Part shown: positions 48,484-56,513 of the stretch, in pieces
Layout of the letters: each line of letters starts with the position of its first letter
How positions within the stretch are numbered: the stretch's first letter is position 1
Source of the DNA: an uncultured Rhizobiaceae bacterium
Lineage (GTDB): Bacteria > Pseudomonadota > Alphaproteobacteria > UBA828
NCBI GenBank assembly: GCA_964427515.1
Contig: CAYRUX010000096.1
Coordinates: 1-56,513 of the forward strand
DNA length: 56,513 bases
Reading direction: 5' to 3'
Made by a program: the position numbers and the translations under genes
The notes under the pieces: generated by a model
Told to the model about the DNA's origin: nothing
Database searches by the model: none
What the model saw: the letters and a program-made list of their open reading frames with translations, nothing else

Positions 48484-51129
48484 ATGAGCGATAAGGACGA
48501 AAACGGTTCTCAAAAAGCCAAAAAACCTCTTTCCTTGAAATCACAGGGTGGTAGCAAGACTGGCAGAACAAGTGACACAGGTCAGGTTCGCCAAAGCTTT
48601 TCTCACGGTAGAAGCAGATCAGTAGCTGTGGAGGTTCGGAGAAAACGAAGTATAAAGGGGGGAGGGACGTCAGCACCAAGTTCAGCAAATATTAGTATTG
48701 ATGTTGATAATGCAATCACAGCAAAACTTGACCCAACTTCAACTCCCGATGCTAAGAAAAATAATGAAAATTTGACTAAGAATACTCCAAAATCTCGTGT
48801 TGTTCTCCGAACTTTGACGCAGGAAGAAAAAGCTACCCGAGCGAAGGCCGTAGAGGTTGCAGTTAAGGAAGAAGATAGGAAACGAAAAGAAGCTGAGAGT
48901 GAAGCGGCTCGTCTAAGAGAAGAAGAGGTCGTTCGGGCGGCTGAAAGAGCACTTGCAGAACGCCGCGCAGCAGAGGAAACATCTCGTCGGAAAGAAGAAG
49001 AAAGTAAAAGAAAAGAAGCCGAAGCTGAAGCAGCTCGACGGCTAGCGGAACCTGTGGAAACGAAGGAAACACAACCAACTACTGGTGCCAGCTCTAACCC
49101 CAAGAAAGTTGATGACGAAAGCTATTTGGAAGATGAAGATCTTCCCCGCAAAGGCAGGCGTAAATCAGATCAGCGCCGGGCTGTACTCGCCGGCAAGCGA
49201 GATCGTGACTCCAACCGTCGAAGTCGTAAACTTACCGTTTCTGCTGCTTTAGAAACTGAGGAGAATGAAGAACGTAGCAGGAGCTTGGCATCGCTAAAGC
49301 GTCAGCGTGAGCGGGAACGTCGTGCAACCGAAGATAACACCGGTGCTGAAGATGCAGCACCGGTTGTTCGGGAAGTTGTCGTACCAGAAACTATTACTGT
49401 GCAAGAACTAGCAAACCGGATGGCAATCCGTGGCATCGAAGTCGTTAAAAAACTATTGCAATTGGGTATTACAGCAAGCATGACTCAGGTGGTTGAGGGT
49501 GACACAGCTGAACTCGTCGTTCACGAGTTTGGGCATAAAGTAAAACGCGTCAGCGCTTCAGATGTTGAAATTGGCCTTGAGGGGGAAGCAGATGAACCTT
49601 CTACACTCATATCACGACCACCCATCGTAACAATTATGGGTCATGTGGACCACGGGAAAACTTCTTTATTAGATGTTTTGAGGACTACTGATATTGCGGC
49701 TGGAGAAATGGGAGGCATAACCCAGCATATAGGGGCGTATCAAGTTGAATTAGAAAATGGTTCAAGAATAACTTTTATCGACACACCTGGCCACGCAGCT
49801 TTTACCAAAATGCGTTCTCGAGGAGCAAAAATAACAGATATTGTAATTTTAGTGGTTGCAGCAGACGATGGTGTAATGCCTCAAACGATAGAAGCAATAA
49901 ATCACGCCCGCGCGGCCAAGGTACCTATAATTGTAGCTATCAACAAGATAGATCGTCCAGATGCTAAAGCTGACAAAGTTAGACAAGAGCTTTTACAACA
50001 CGAAGTTGTTACTGAAGAAATGGGGGGAGATGTATTATCTGTAGAAGTTTCAGCAGTGGAGAAGCTAAACTTGGACAGACTGGAAGAGGCCGTTATCCTC
50101 CAGGCTGAATTATTAGAGCTAAAAGCCAATCCTAATCGGTCTGCCGACGGTGTGGTAATCGAGTCTAGAATAGACAAGGGGCGGGGTGTTGTAGCCACAA
50201 TATTAGTTCAGCGTGGAACCTTAAACGTTGGCGATATAGTTGTTGCAGGCTCCGATTGGGGCAGAGTTAAAGCTATGATGGATGAACGCGGAAAACCGAG
50301 GAAAATTGCTACTCCATCATGCCCCGTGGAAGTACTAGGTCTCGGCACGCCACCGAATGCTGGTGACGATCTTGTTGTAGTACCAAATGAACGAAGAGCC
50401 AGAGAGATCAGCGAATTTCGCAGCACTCGTTTACAGGAAATTAGATCCGCCAAAAGCGCCGCTCCCATGAATGTAGAACAAATGTTTGCAAATACAGGAA
50501 AAGATGGATTGCAAATTTTACCGTTAGTAATCAAAACGGACGTCCATGGGTCGACTGAAGCATTAAAAATGGCTTTAGAAAATTTATCTAATGATGAAGT
50601 TTCAGTCCATATTCTCAACATTGGCGTCTTAGGAATTACTGAATCAGATGTAGTTTTAGCCCAAGCGTCTAATGCTCAAATTATTGGCTTCAATGTTCGT
50701 GCCAATCCTCATGCTCGAAGACTAGCTCAACAAGATGAAATAAATATATCTTACTATTCTATTATTTATGAGGTCGTTGATGCTACAAAAGGAATGTTAG
50801 AAGGTTTACTAAAACCCACCCTCAATGAGCAAGTTTTAGGGAATGCACAAATTCTACAAATCTTTAGTGTGGGCAAGGTAGGAAAAATAGCAGGTTGTCG
50901 CGTAACAGACGGCTTAGTAAAACGAGGGGCAAAAATGCGTCTATTGCGCGATGATATCGTAATCCATAACGGCTCTCTAAAAACATTAAGGCGTTTCAAA
51001 GATGATGTTCGGGAAGTAAAAGAAGGGTTTGAATGCGGAATGGCCTTTGAGAATTATTCTGATATTCGCGAAGGAGATTTATTAGAAATATATGAAGTTC
51101 AGGAAATTGCAAGATCTCTCGATTCTTAA
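48484..51129 (+). CDS. infB: Translation initiation factor IF-2
   Basis: Charged low-complexity N-terminal region, G domain ([21 protein letters not shown]) and C-terminal domains. 881 aa. Confidence 0.97.
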   Translation: MSDKDENGSQKAKKPLSLKSQGGSKTGRTSDTGQVRQSFSHGRSRSVAVEVRRKRSIKGGGTSAPSSANISIDVDNAITAKLDPTSTPDAKKNNENLTKNTPKSRVVLRTLTQEEKATRAKAVEVAVKEEDRKRKEAESEAARLREEEVVRAAERALAERRAAEETSRRKEEESKRKEAEAEAARRLAEPVETKETQPTTGASSNPKKVDDESYLEDEDLPRKGRRKSDQRRAVLAGKRDRDSNRRSRKLTVSAALETEENEERSRSLASLKRQRERERRATEDNTGAEDAAPVVREVVVPETITVQELANRMAIRGIEVVKKLLQLGITASMTQVVEGDTAELVVHEFGHKVKRVSASDVEIGLEGEADEPSTLISRPPIVTIMGHVDHGKTSLLDVLRTTDIAAGEMGGITQHIGAYQVELENGSRITFIDTPGHAAFTKMRSRGAKITDIVILVVAADDGVMPQTIEAINHARAAKVPIIVAINKIDRPDAKADKVRQELLQHEVVTEEMGGDVLSVEVSAVEKLNLDRLEEAVILQAELLELKANPNRSADGVVIESRIDKGRGVVATILVQRGTLNVGDIVVAGSDWGRVKAMMDERGKPRKIATPSCPVEVLGLGTPPNAGDDLVVVPNERRAREISEFRSTRLQEIRSAKSAAPMNVEQMFANTGKDGLQILPLVIKTDVHGSTEALKMALENLSNDEVSVHILNIGVLGITESDVVLAQASNAQIIGFNVRANPHARRLAQQDEINISYYSIIYEVVDATKGMLEGLLKPTLNEQVLGNAQILQIFSVGKVGKIAGCRVTDGLVKRGAKMRLLRDDIVIHNGSLKTLRRFKDDVREVKEGFECGMAFENYSDIREGDLLEIYEVQEIARSLDS

Positions 51130-51176
51130 CAAGAAAGCTATAGCTATAATCTATTCCGTTTATGGAATGTTGATTT

Positions 51177-51569
51177 ATGGGACACAAACATACGAAAATA
51201 TCGGGCGCTCCAAGCCAGCGTCAACTGCGAGTTGGCGAGCTTTTGCGTGAGGTGCTGACAGATACATTTATAAATGCGCCAATAAGAGATCCTTTTCTAG
51301 CTAATTTGAACATTACTATTACTCAAGTATTAGCAAGTCGGGATCTCAAGCAAGCAAAAATATTTTTCGTACCTTTCGGCCGAGATAGTACTAATAGCTC
51401 ACAAATTATCGAAGCTTTAGATCGAGCGACGCCATTTTTACGTGGTCAAGTCGCTAAACGAGTAAAATTAAGATATGCGCCCATACTTAAGTTTGAATTA
51501 GATCGCTCTTTGGAGAATGCAAGCCGTATTGACGCATTGTTAGAAAAAACTTCTGCAAAAAATGAGTAG
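51177..51569 (+). CDS. rbfA: Ribosome-binding factor A
   Basis: QRQLRVGELLREVL and KRVKLRYAPILKFELD motifs, in position after infB. Confidence 0.9.
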   Translation: MGHKHTKISGAPSQRQLRVGELLREVLTDTFINAPIRDPFLANLNITITQVLASRDLKQAKIFFVPFGRDSTNSSQIIEALDRATPFLRGQVAKRVKLRYAPILKFELDRSLENASRIDALLEKTSAKNE

Positions 51570-52461
51570 CGTTTGTAAGGCTAGCAGTGACTACGTAAAT
51601 GGTTGGCTCATAATTGACAAACCCAAGGGATTATCGTCAGCCCGTGTTGTTGGACGTATAAAGCATTTGTTAGGTGGAGTAAAAGTTGGACATGCTGGCA
51701 CTCTCGACCCTCTAGCTACAGGAGTATTAGCAATTGCACTAGGCGAAGCAACTAAGACCGTATCCTATGTCTTGAATGGAAATAAAGACTATAATTTCAC
51801 ACTCAAGTGGGGCGAAGCACGTAATACCGATGACGCTGAGGGAAAGATAATAAAAACATGCAGCAAACGCCCTACTTCATCGGAAATTACAAATATTATC
51901 GAGAAGTTTATTGGGGAAGTTTGGCAGATTCCACCCGCCTTCTCCGCATTAAAAGTTTCAGGTCAACGAGCATATACATTAGCCCGCTCAGATGTTGATT
52001 TTTGTTTGCCTCCCCGTTTGGTGCAAATTCAAAACCTTAAATTACTTCAAAGTGACCGTAACACTGCAACTTTATATGTCCGTTGTAGTAAAGGTACTTA
52101 TATCAGGGCACTTGCAAGAGATTTGGGAGAATGCCTTGGTACTGTCAGTCATATAATAGAGTTACGTCGTACGATTGCTGGTCCTTTTGATGTAAACGTT
52201 GCGATTTCGCTGGATAAATTGGAAACACTGGTGCATAGTGCGCGCCTTGCAGCTTACGTTCAACCAGTTGAGGCACCGCTGGCCGACATCCCGGCACTAG
52301 AACTTGATGAGTCGGACGCAAAGCGACTTAGTCATGGGCAAACGATCTCTGGATTTAACACTGATATACCAACAGTACGTGTCAAATCTGGGAAAAGGCT
52401 CATTGCTTTGGCAAAAATTTATATGGGCGAGCTTTGCCCAGTACGCGTTTTTAACCTTTAA
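51562..52461 (+). CDS. truB: tRNA pseudouridine(55) synthase
   Basis: GHAGTLDPLATGVL catalytic-Asp motif. Overlaps the rbfA end by 8 nt. Confidence 0.95.
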   Translation: MSSVCKASSDYVNGWLIIDKPKGLSSARVVGRIKHLLGGVKVGHAGTLDPLATGVLAIALGEATKTVSYVLNGNKDYNFTLKWGEARNTDDAEGKIIKTCSKRPTSSEITNIIEKFIGEVWQIPPAFSALKVSGQRAYTLARSDVDFCLPPRLVQIQNLKLLQSDRNTATLYVRCSKGTYIRALARDLGECLGTVSHIIELRRTIAGPFDVNVAISLDKLETLVHSARLAAYVQPVEAPLADIPALELDESDAKRLSHGQTISGFNTDIPTVRVKSGKRLIALAKIYMGELCPVRVFNL

Positions 52462-52477
52462 AAATCGGAGATATTAG

Positions 52478-52747
52478 ATGTCGATTACTGCCGCAAAAAA
52501 ATCGGAGCTAATGAGTGAGTTTGGCAAATCTACTAATGATACCGGCTCGCCAGAAGTGCAGGTCGCTATACTTACTGAGCGAATAAATAATCTTACTGAC
52601 CATTTTCGCACTCACACTAAGGATCAACATTCAAGACGCGGTTTGCTAAAGATGGTTAGTCGCCGTCGGCGTCTTTTAGATTATCTCAAACAAGAGGATG
52701 ATAAATGTTATTCAGATATTATCCAGCGATTGGGACTACGTAAGTAG
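52478..52747 (+). CDS. rpsO: 30S ribosomal protein S15
   Basis: [31 protein letters not shown]. 89 aa. Confidence 0.97.
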   Translation: MSITAAKKSELMSEFGKSTNDTGSPEVQVAILTERINNLTDHFRTHTKDQHSRRGLLKMVSRRRRLLDYLKQEDDKCYSDIIQRLGLRK

Positions 52748-52950
52748 ATTTAGGATAAACATACAAAACTCATCCAGACAATTAATAACACTTGGGATAT
52801 ATTTGTTAGATATCAGTGGCGCAAGAAATGGCGTTATAGTCTCTGACTACTTGTTGCGATAAGGGATGCAATTGTCTTAGAAATATATCGGTAATTACCA
52901 AGAATAAAGTACATGGGGTACTTTGTTTATAGGCTTAAGGGAAATAAAAT

Positions 52951-55068
52951 ATGTTCAATATCACTAGAAAAGAAACCACTTGGGGTGGTCGTCCCCTAAT
53001 TTTCGAAACAGGTAAATTGGCACGACAAGCTGATGGTGCAGTGTTAGTTACCTATGGGCAAACCACCGTATTGTGCACAGTAGTTGCTGAAAAAGAAGCT
53101 CGAGAGGGTGCAGACTTTTTCCCGCTTACAGTGAATTATGAGGAAAAAGCATTTGCTAATGGTAAAATTCCGGGCGGATTTTTTAAACGTGAAGGAAGAC
53201 CTGGGGAAAAAGAAACACTTGTATGTAGATTAATAGATCGACCAATCCGCCCTTTATTTGCTGACGGTTTTAAAAACGAGACACAAGTCATCTGTACGGT
53301 TCTTTCGCATGACATGCAAAATGACCCAGACATGGTTGCTATGGTTGGCGCCTCTGCTGCACTCACAATTTCTGGTATTCCATTTATGGGCCCTATTGCT
53401 GGCTGTAGAGTCGGGTATATTAACGAGGAATATGTTGTTAATACTACTCTTGAGCAACGTTCCGATAGCCAATTAGACCTTGTTGTCGCGGGAACTCAAA
53501 ATGGTGTTCTGATGGTAGAGTCAGAAGCAAATGAACTCAATGAAGAAATTATGTTAGGTGCAGTAACCTTCGGACATAAGGCAATGCAACCTGTTTTCGA
53601 TGTCATAATTGAACTTGCAGAAGCCTGCGCTAAAGATCCTTGGAATATGCCTGTCTTAGAAAAGAATACAGACCTAATTTCTAAAGTTGTTAAACTTTCA
53701 GAAAGCGACCTCCGAGAAGCCTATTCAATTAAATCCAAAACTGAGAGACAAAATCGTATATCTGAAATTAAAAATTCTGTAACAGTAAGTTTAGTGGACG
53801 AGGACGGCAATGTACCAAACGAAATACCTTCTATCCTTAAAGATATTGAACGCGATATAGTACGTACTCAAATTTTAGAAACGGGTGATCGGATTGATGG
53901 TCGCGATACGCGAGAGGTGCGCCAGATAGTTAGTGAGGTGGGAATTCTGCCCCGCAGTCATGGATCAGCACTTTTTACACGCGGAGAAACACAAGCCTTA
54001 GTAGTAACGACCTTAGGTACGGGTCAAGATGCTCAGATTATGGATGTATTGGAGGGAGAATACCGCGAAGGCTTTATGCTACATTATAATTTTCCACCCT
54101 ACTCAGTTGGAGAGGCCCGTTTCTTAAGAGGGCCAGGAAGACGAGAAATTGGACACGGAAAGCTAGCCTGGCGGGCGATTCATCCATTGCTGCCACCTAA
54201 TGAAGAATTTCCCTATACTATCAGGGTGGTATCGGAAATTACAGAATCAAACGGCTCGTCTTCAATGGCAACCGTGTGTGGATCTTCACTTGCTCTTATG
54301 GATGCAGGTGTTCCACTGGCTCGACCTGTCGCTGGCATTGCTATGGGTCTGATCAAGGAAGACGAAAAATATGCCGTATTAAGTGATAGTCTGGGAGATG
54401 AAGATCATTTAGGAGATATGGACTTTAAAGTTGCAGGTTCTGAAAAAGGCATCACCTCACTACAAATGGATATAAAAATTACTAGCATTACTGAGGAAAT
54501 AATGCGAGTAGCTCTTGAACAAGCAAATGAGGGGAGAAACCATATTCTCAAAGAGATGTCAAAAGCAATTGACACATCCAGAGATACTGTAAGTGATACT
54601 GCACCACGCATCACAACCATCTCTGTGCCCAAAGATCGAATAAGAGAAATCATTGGGCCTGGTGGTAAAATGATCCGTGAGATCTGTGAAACCACTGGAA
54701 CCAAAATTGACATTGAGGATGATGGAACCATTCAAGTTGCTGCCGTGGAGGCCGAAGCTGGAGAGGCTGCTTTAAAAATGATTAATGACATTATTGCAGA
54801 ACCAGAGGTCGGAGAAATCTATGCTGGCAAAGTAGTAAAGATCATGGATTTCGGTGCATTTGTTAATTTTATTGGTAAACGTGATGGACTTGTTCATATC
54901 AGTGAAATAGCAACTACACGAATTAAAACTGTAGCTGACGTGTTAAACGAAGGTGATAAAGTCAACGTTAAAGTATTGGCAATTGATGACCGTGGTAAAA
55001 TAAAATTAAGCATGAAGGTTGTTGATCAGGAAACAGGTGAAGAAATTGCACCACAAGAAGAAAATTAA
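52951..55068 (+). CDS. pnp: Polyribonucleotide nucleotidyltransferase (PNPase)
   Basis: Two RNase PH domains, then KH ([15 protein letters not shown]) and S1 ([18 protein letters not shown]) domains. 705 aa. Confidence 0.97.
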   Translation: MFNITRKETTWGGRPLIFETGKLARQADGAVLVTYGQTTVLCTVVAEKEAREGADFFPLTVNYEEKAFANGKIPGGFFKREGRPGEKETLVCRLIDRPIRPLFADGFKNETQVICTVLSHDMQNDPDMVAMVGASAALTISGIPFMGPIAGCRVGYINEEYVVNTTLEQRSDSQLDLVVAGTQNGVLMVESEANELNEEIMLGAVTFGHKAMQPVFDVIIELAEACAKDPWNMPVLEKNTDLISKVVKLSESDLREAYSIKSKTERQNRISEIKNSVTVSLVDEDGNVPNEIPSILKDIERDIVRTQILETGDRIDGRDTREVRQIVSEVGILPRSHGSALFTRGETQALVVTTLGTGQDAQIMDVLEGEYREGFMLHYNFPPYSVGEARFLRGPGRREIGHGKLAWRAIHPLLPPNEEFPYTIRVVSEITESNGSSSMATVCGSSLALMDAGVPLARPVAGIAMGLIKEDEKYAVLSDSLGDEDHLGDMDFKVAGSEKGITSLQMDIKITSITEEIMRVALEQANEGRNHILKEMSKAIDTSRDTVSDTAPRITTISVPKDRIREIIGPGGKMIREICETTGTKIDIEDDGTIQVAAVEAEAGEAALKMINDIIAEPEVGEIYAGKVVKIMDFGAFVNFIGKRDGLVHISEIATTRIKTVADVLNEGDKVNVKVLAIDDRGKIKLSMKVVDQETGEEIAPQEEN

Positions 55069-55236
55069 GCGAATGAACAATGCTCCCATAATTGTTCGTA
55101 GTATTGCAAAAATGTGTTTATGTTATTAGCTAAACATTTTGTTCATGCTATATTAGGTGATGCTCAGTTATTGGTTTTTAGTTAAATATTTTTGTCGGTG
55201 ATAACGGCATACATTGTGAATAGGTCTAGAGAAGCT

Positions 55237-56513
55237 ATGAAGGCACTCAAGCCATTGGTTATATCTGGAAAGGAAGTTCTGCCACTAGTTGAAGGAGGCA
55301 AAGGCATCGGCGTGACAAATGGCCTTTCATCAGGCGCGTGGGCTGCTGCTGGAGCCGTAGGGACTTTTTCGGGGGTCAATGCTGACTCATATGACAGCGC
55401 TGGCAAACCTATACTTCAATCATATCACGGACGAACACGAAAAGAACGCCATGAAGAATTAGTTAAATACGCTGTAGAAGGAGGCGTAACTCAAGCACAG
55501 ATAGCGCATGAAACCTCTGGAGGAAATGGGCGCTTACACATGAACATCCTTTGGGAGATGGCAGCGAGCGAGAGGATACTGAGGGCAATATTAGATCGAA
55601 CCAAAGGAATGGTTCACGGTGTTACTTGCGGAGCTGGGATGCCCTATCGAATTGCTGAAATTGCCAATCAATATCAAGTACATTACTATCCCATAGTTTC
55701 TTCAGCTCGGGCATTTCGTGCCCTTTGGAAACGTTCTTATCATAAATTTTCTGACTGGTTAGGTGGCGTGGTTTATGAAGACCCATGGCGTGCCGGTGGC
55801 CACAATGGCCTCTCCAATAATGAGAACCCTCTTAATCCTGAGGATCCATATCCACGAGTACGTGATCTAAGAGATCTGATGAAGGGTTTCGGCTTAACTA
55901 CCGTACCAATTATTATGGCTGGTGGTGTGTGGTATTTACGCGACTGGGAGCATTGGTTGGATAATAACGAGATTGGCCCAATTGCCTTCCAGCTAGGAAC
56001 TCGCCCGTTGGTTACAAAAGAAAGCCCAATATCTGATCATTGGAAAAGACGCCTTTTGAAATTAAAGAAAGGTGATGTAAATCTAAATAAGTTCAGTCCA
56101 ACAGGATTTTATTCATCAGCCGTACGTAACAAGTTTATTAACGAACTTGAAGAGCGCGAAAACCGACAGCTAGCTTTTACATCTGAACCTCTAGGTGATC
56201 ACAATCAAAAATTTACACCTGGACCTAGAGGACGCTCTTTTTATTTAACCAAAGGTGATTTTAAAAGAGCTCAGGAATGGCTGCGTAAAGGCTTCAATAG
56301 AGCAATGAAAACTCCCGACTCCACCTTAATTTTTGTAACGGATAAAAAAGCGCGTCAGATTCGTAATGACCAAGCTAACTGCATGGGTTGTTTATCGGCG
56401 TGTCGTTTCAGTAACTGGGCAACAAACCCAAACGGCACCACAGGAAAAAAAGCCGATCCACGAAGCTTTTGCATTCAAAAAACTTTGAAAGATATAATCC
56501 ACGGTAATGATGT
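55237..56513 (+). CDS. Nitronate monooxygenase / 2-nitropropane dioxygenase-family flavoprotein (NMO), 3' end outside the window
   Basis: The frame is open from 55186 to the window end, so it is not in the ORF track. Translates as MKALKPLVISGKEVLPLVEGGKGIGVTNG...GVTCGAGMP...PWRAGGHNG...IIMAGGV, an NMO/TIM-barrel FMN pattern. I chose ATG 55237; GTG 55216 is an alternative. Confidence 0.7.
   Translation, partial: MKALKPLVISGKEVLPLVEGGKGIGVTNGLSSGAWAAAGAVGTFSGVNADSYDSAGKPILQSYHGRTRKERHEELVKYAVEGGVTQAQIAHETSGGNGRLHMNILWEMAASERILRAILDRTKGMVHGVTCGAGMPYRIAEIANQYQVHYYPIVSSARAFRALWKRSYHKFSDWLGGVVYEDPWRAGGHNGLSNNENPLNPEDPYPRVRDLRDLMKGFGLTTVPIIMAGGVWYLRDWEHWLDNNEIGPIAFQLGTRPLVTKESPISDHWKRRLLKLKKGDVNLNKFSPTGFYSSAVRNKFINELEERENRQLAFTSEPLGDHNQKFTPGPRGRSFYLTKGDFKRAQEWLRKGFNRAMKTPDSTLIFVTDKKARQIRNDQANCMGCLSACRFSNWATNPNGTTGKKADPRSFCIQKTLKDIIHGND

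Noticed and set aside
48239-49103. Long minus-strand ORFs (48239..48688, 48603..49103, 48863..49078) across the nusA tail and the infB 5' region
   Set aside because: They are antisense to strongly supported genes. Their Ala/Ser/Arg-rich translations mirror the Glu/Ala/Arg/Lys-rich low-complexity region of IF-2.
52906-52924. Hairpin AAAGTAC-atggg-GTACTTT in the rpsO-pnp spacer as a terminator or attenuator
   Set aside because: The 7-bp stem has only 2 G:C pairs and is followed by GTTTAT rather than a U-tract. That is too weak to call. It could be part of an RNase III-type pnp leader structure, but this cannot be shown by eye.
55182-55406. Minus-strand 74-aa ORF downstream of pnp
   Set aside because: The plus strand here is an unbroken frame to the window end that encodes an NMO-family flavoprotein. 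The plus ORF is missing from the track only because it has no stop within the window.

Overview
Mostly a core chromosomal segment from a moderately AT-rich, alphaproteobacterium-like genome. Supporting this: a TIGR02186-type 'Alph_Pro_TM' protein next to a TauE/SafE exporter, an IalB-like protein, olsB-olsA, and the syntenic blocks glnD-murJ-trpS, tsaB-rimI-fur, miaB-phoH-ybeY-corC-lnt, metK-trmB and rimP-nusA-infB-rbfA-truB-rpsO-pnp. I count about 52 protein genes and one tRNA-Ala(CGC). I saw no rRNA, CRISPR array, transposase, integrase or phage genes. The left end holds a BMP-family ABC uptake operon, then a small accessory patch (membrane-anchored hypothetical, orphan NicX-like protein, NUDIX hydrolase). 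Next comes a roughly 7 kb surface-glycan locus (7.2-14.5 kb) abutting the 3' side of the tRNA. Main result: three conserved housekeeping genes each carry one in-frame stop codon, with no frameshift and with family-typical sequence continuing in the same frame. They are glnD (TGA 22595-22597), trmB (TAA 45807-45809) and nusA (TAA 48128-48130). Secondary observations: a DegT-family enzyme with His in place of the Schiff-base Lys (E1/ColD-type sugar 3-dehydratase signature); an SDR lacking the catalytic Tyr; a C9 homopolymer inside an FkbM methyltransferase gene; and a 7TM-HD (PgpH-like) gene translationally coupled into the phoH-ybeY operon. All calls come from reading the translated ORFs and the nucleotide sequence. 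No database search was run, so family assignments rest on recognised motifs.
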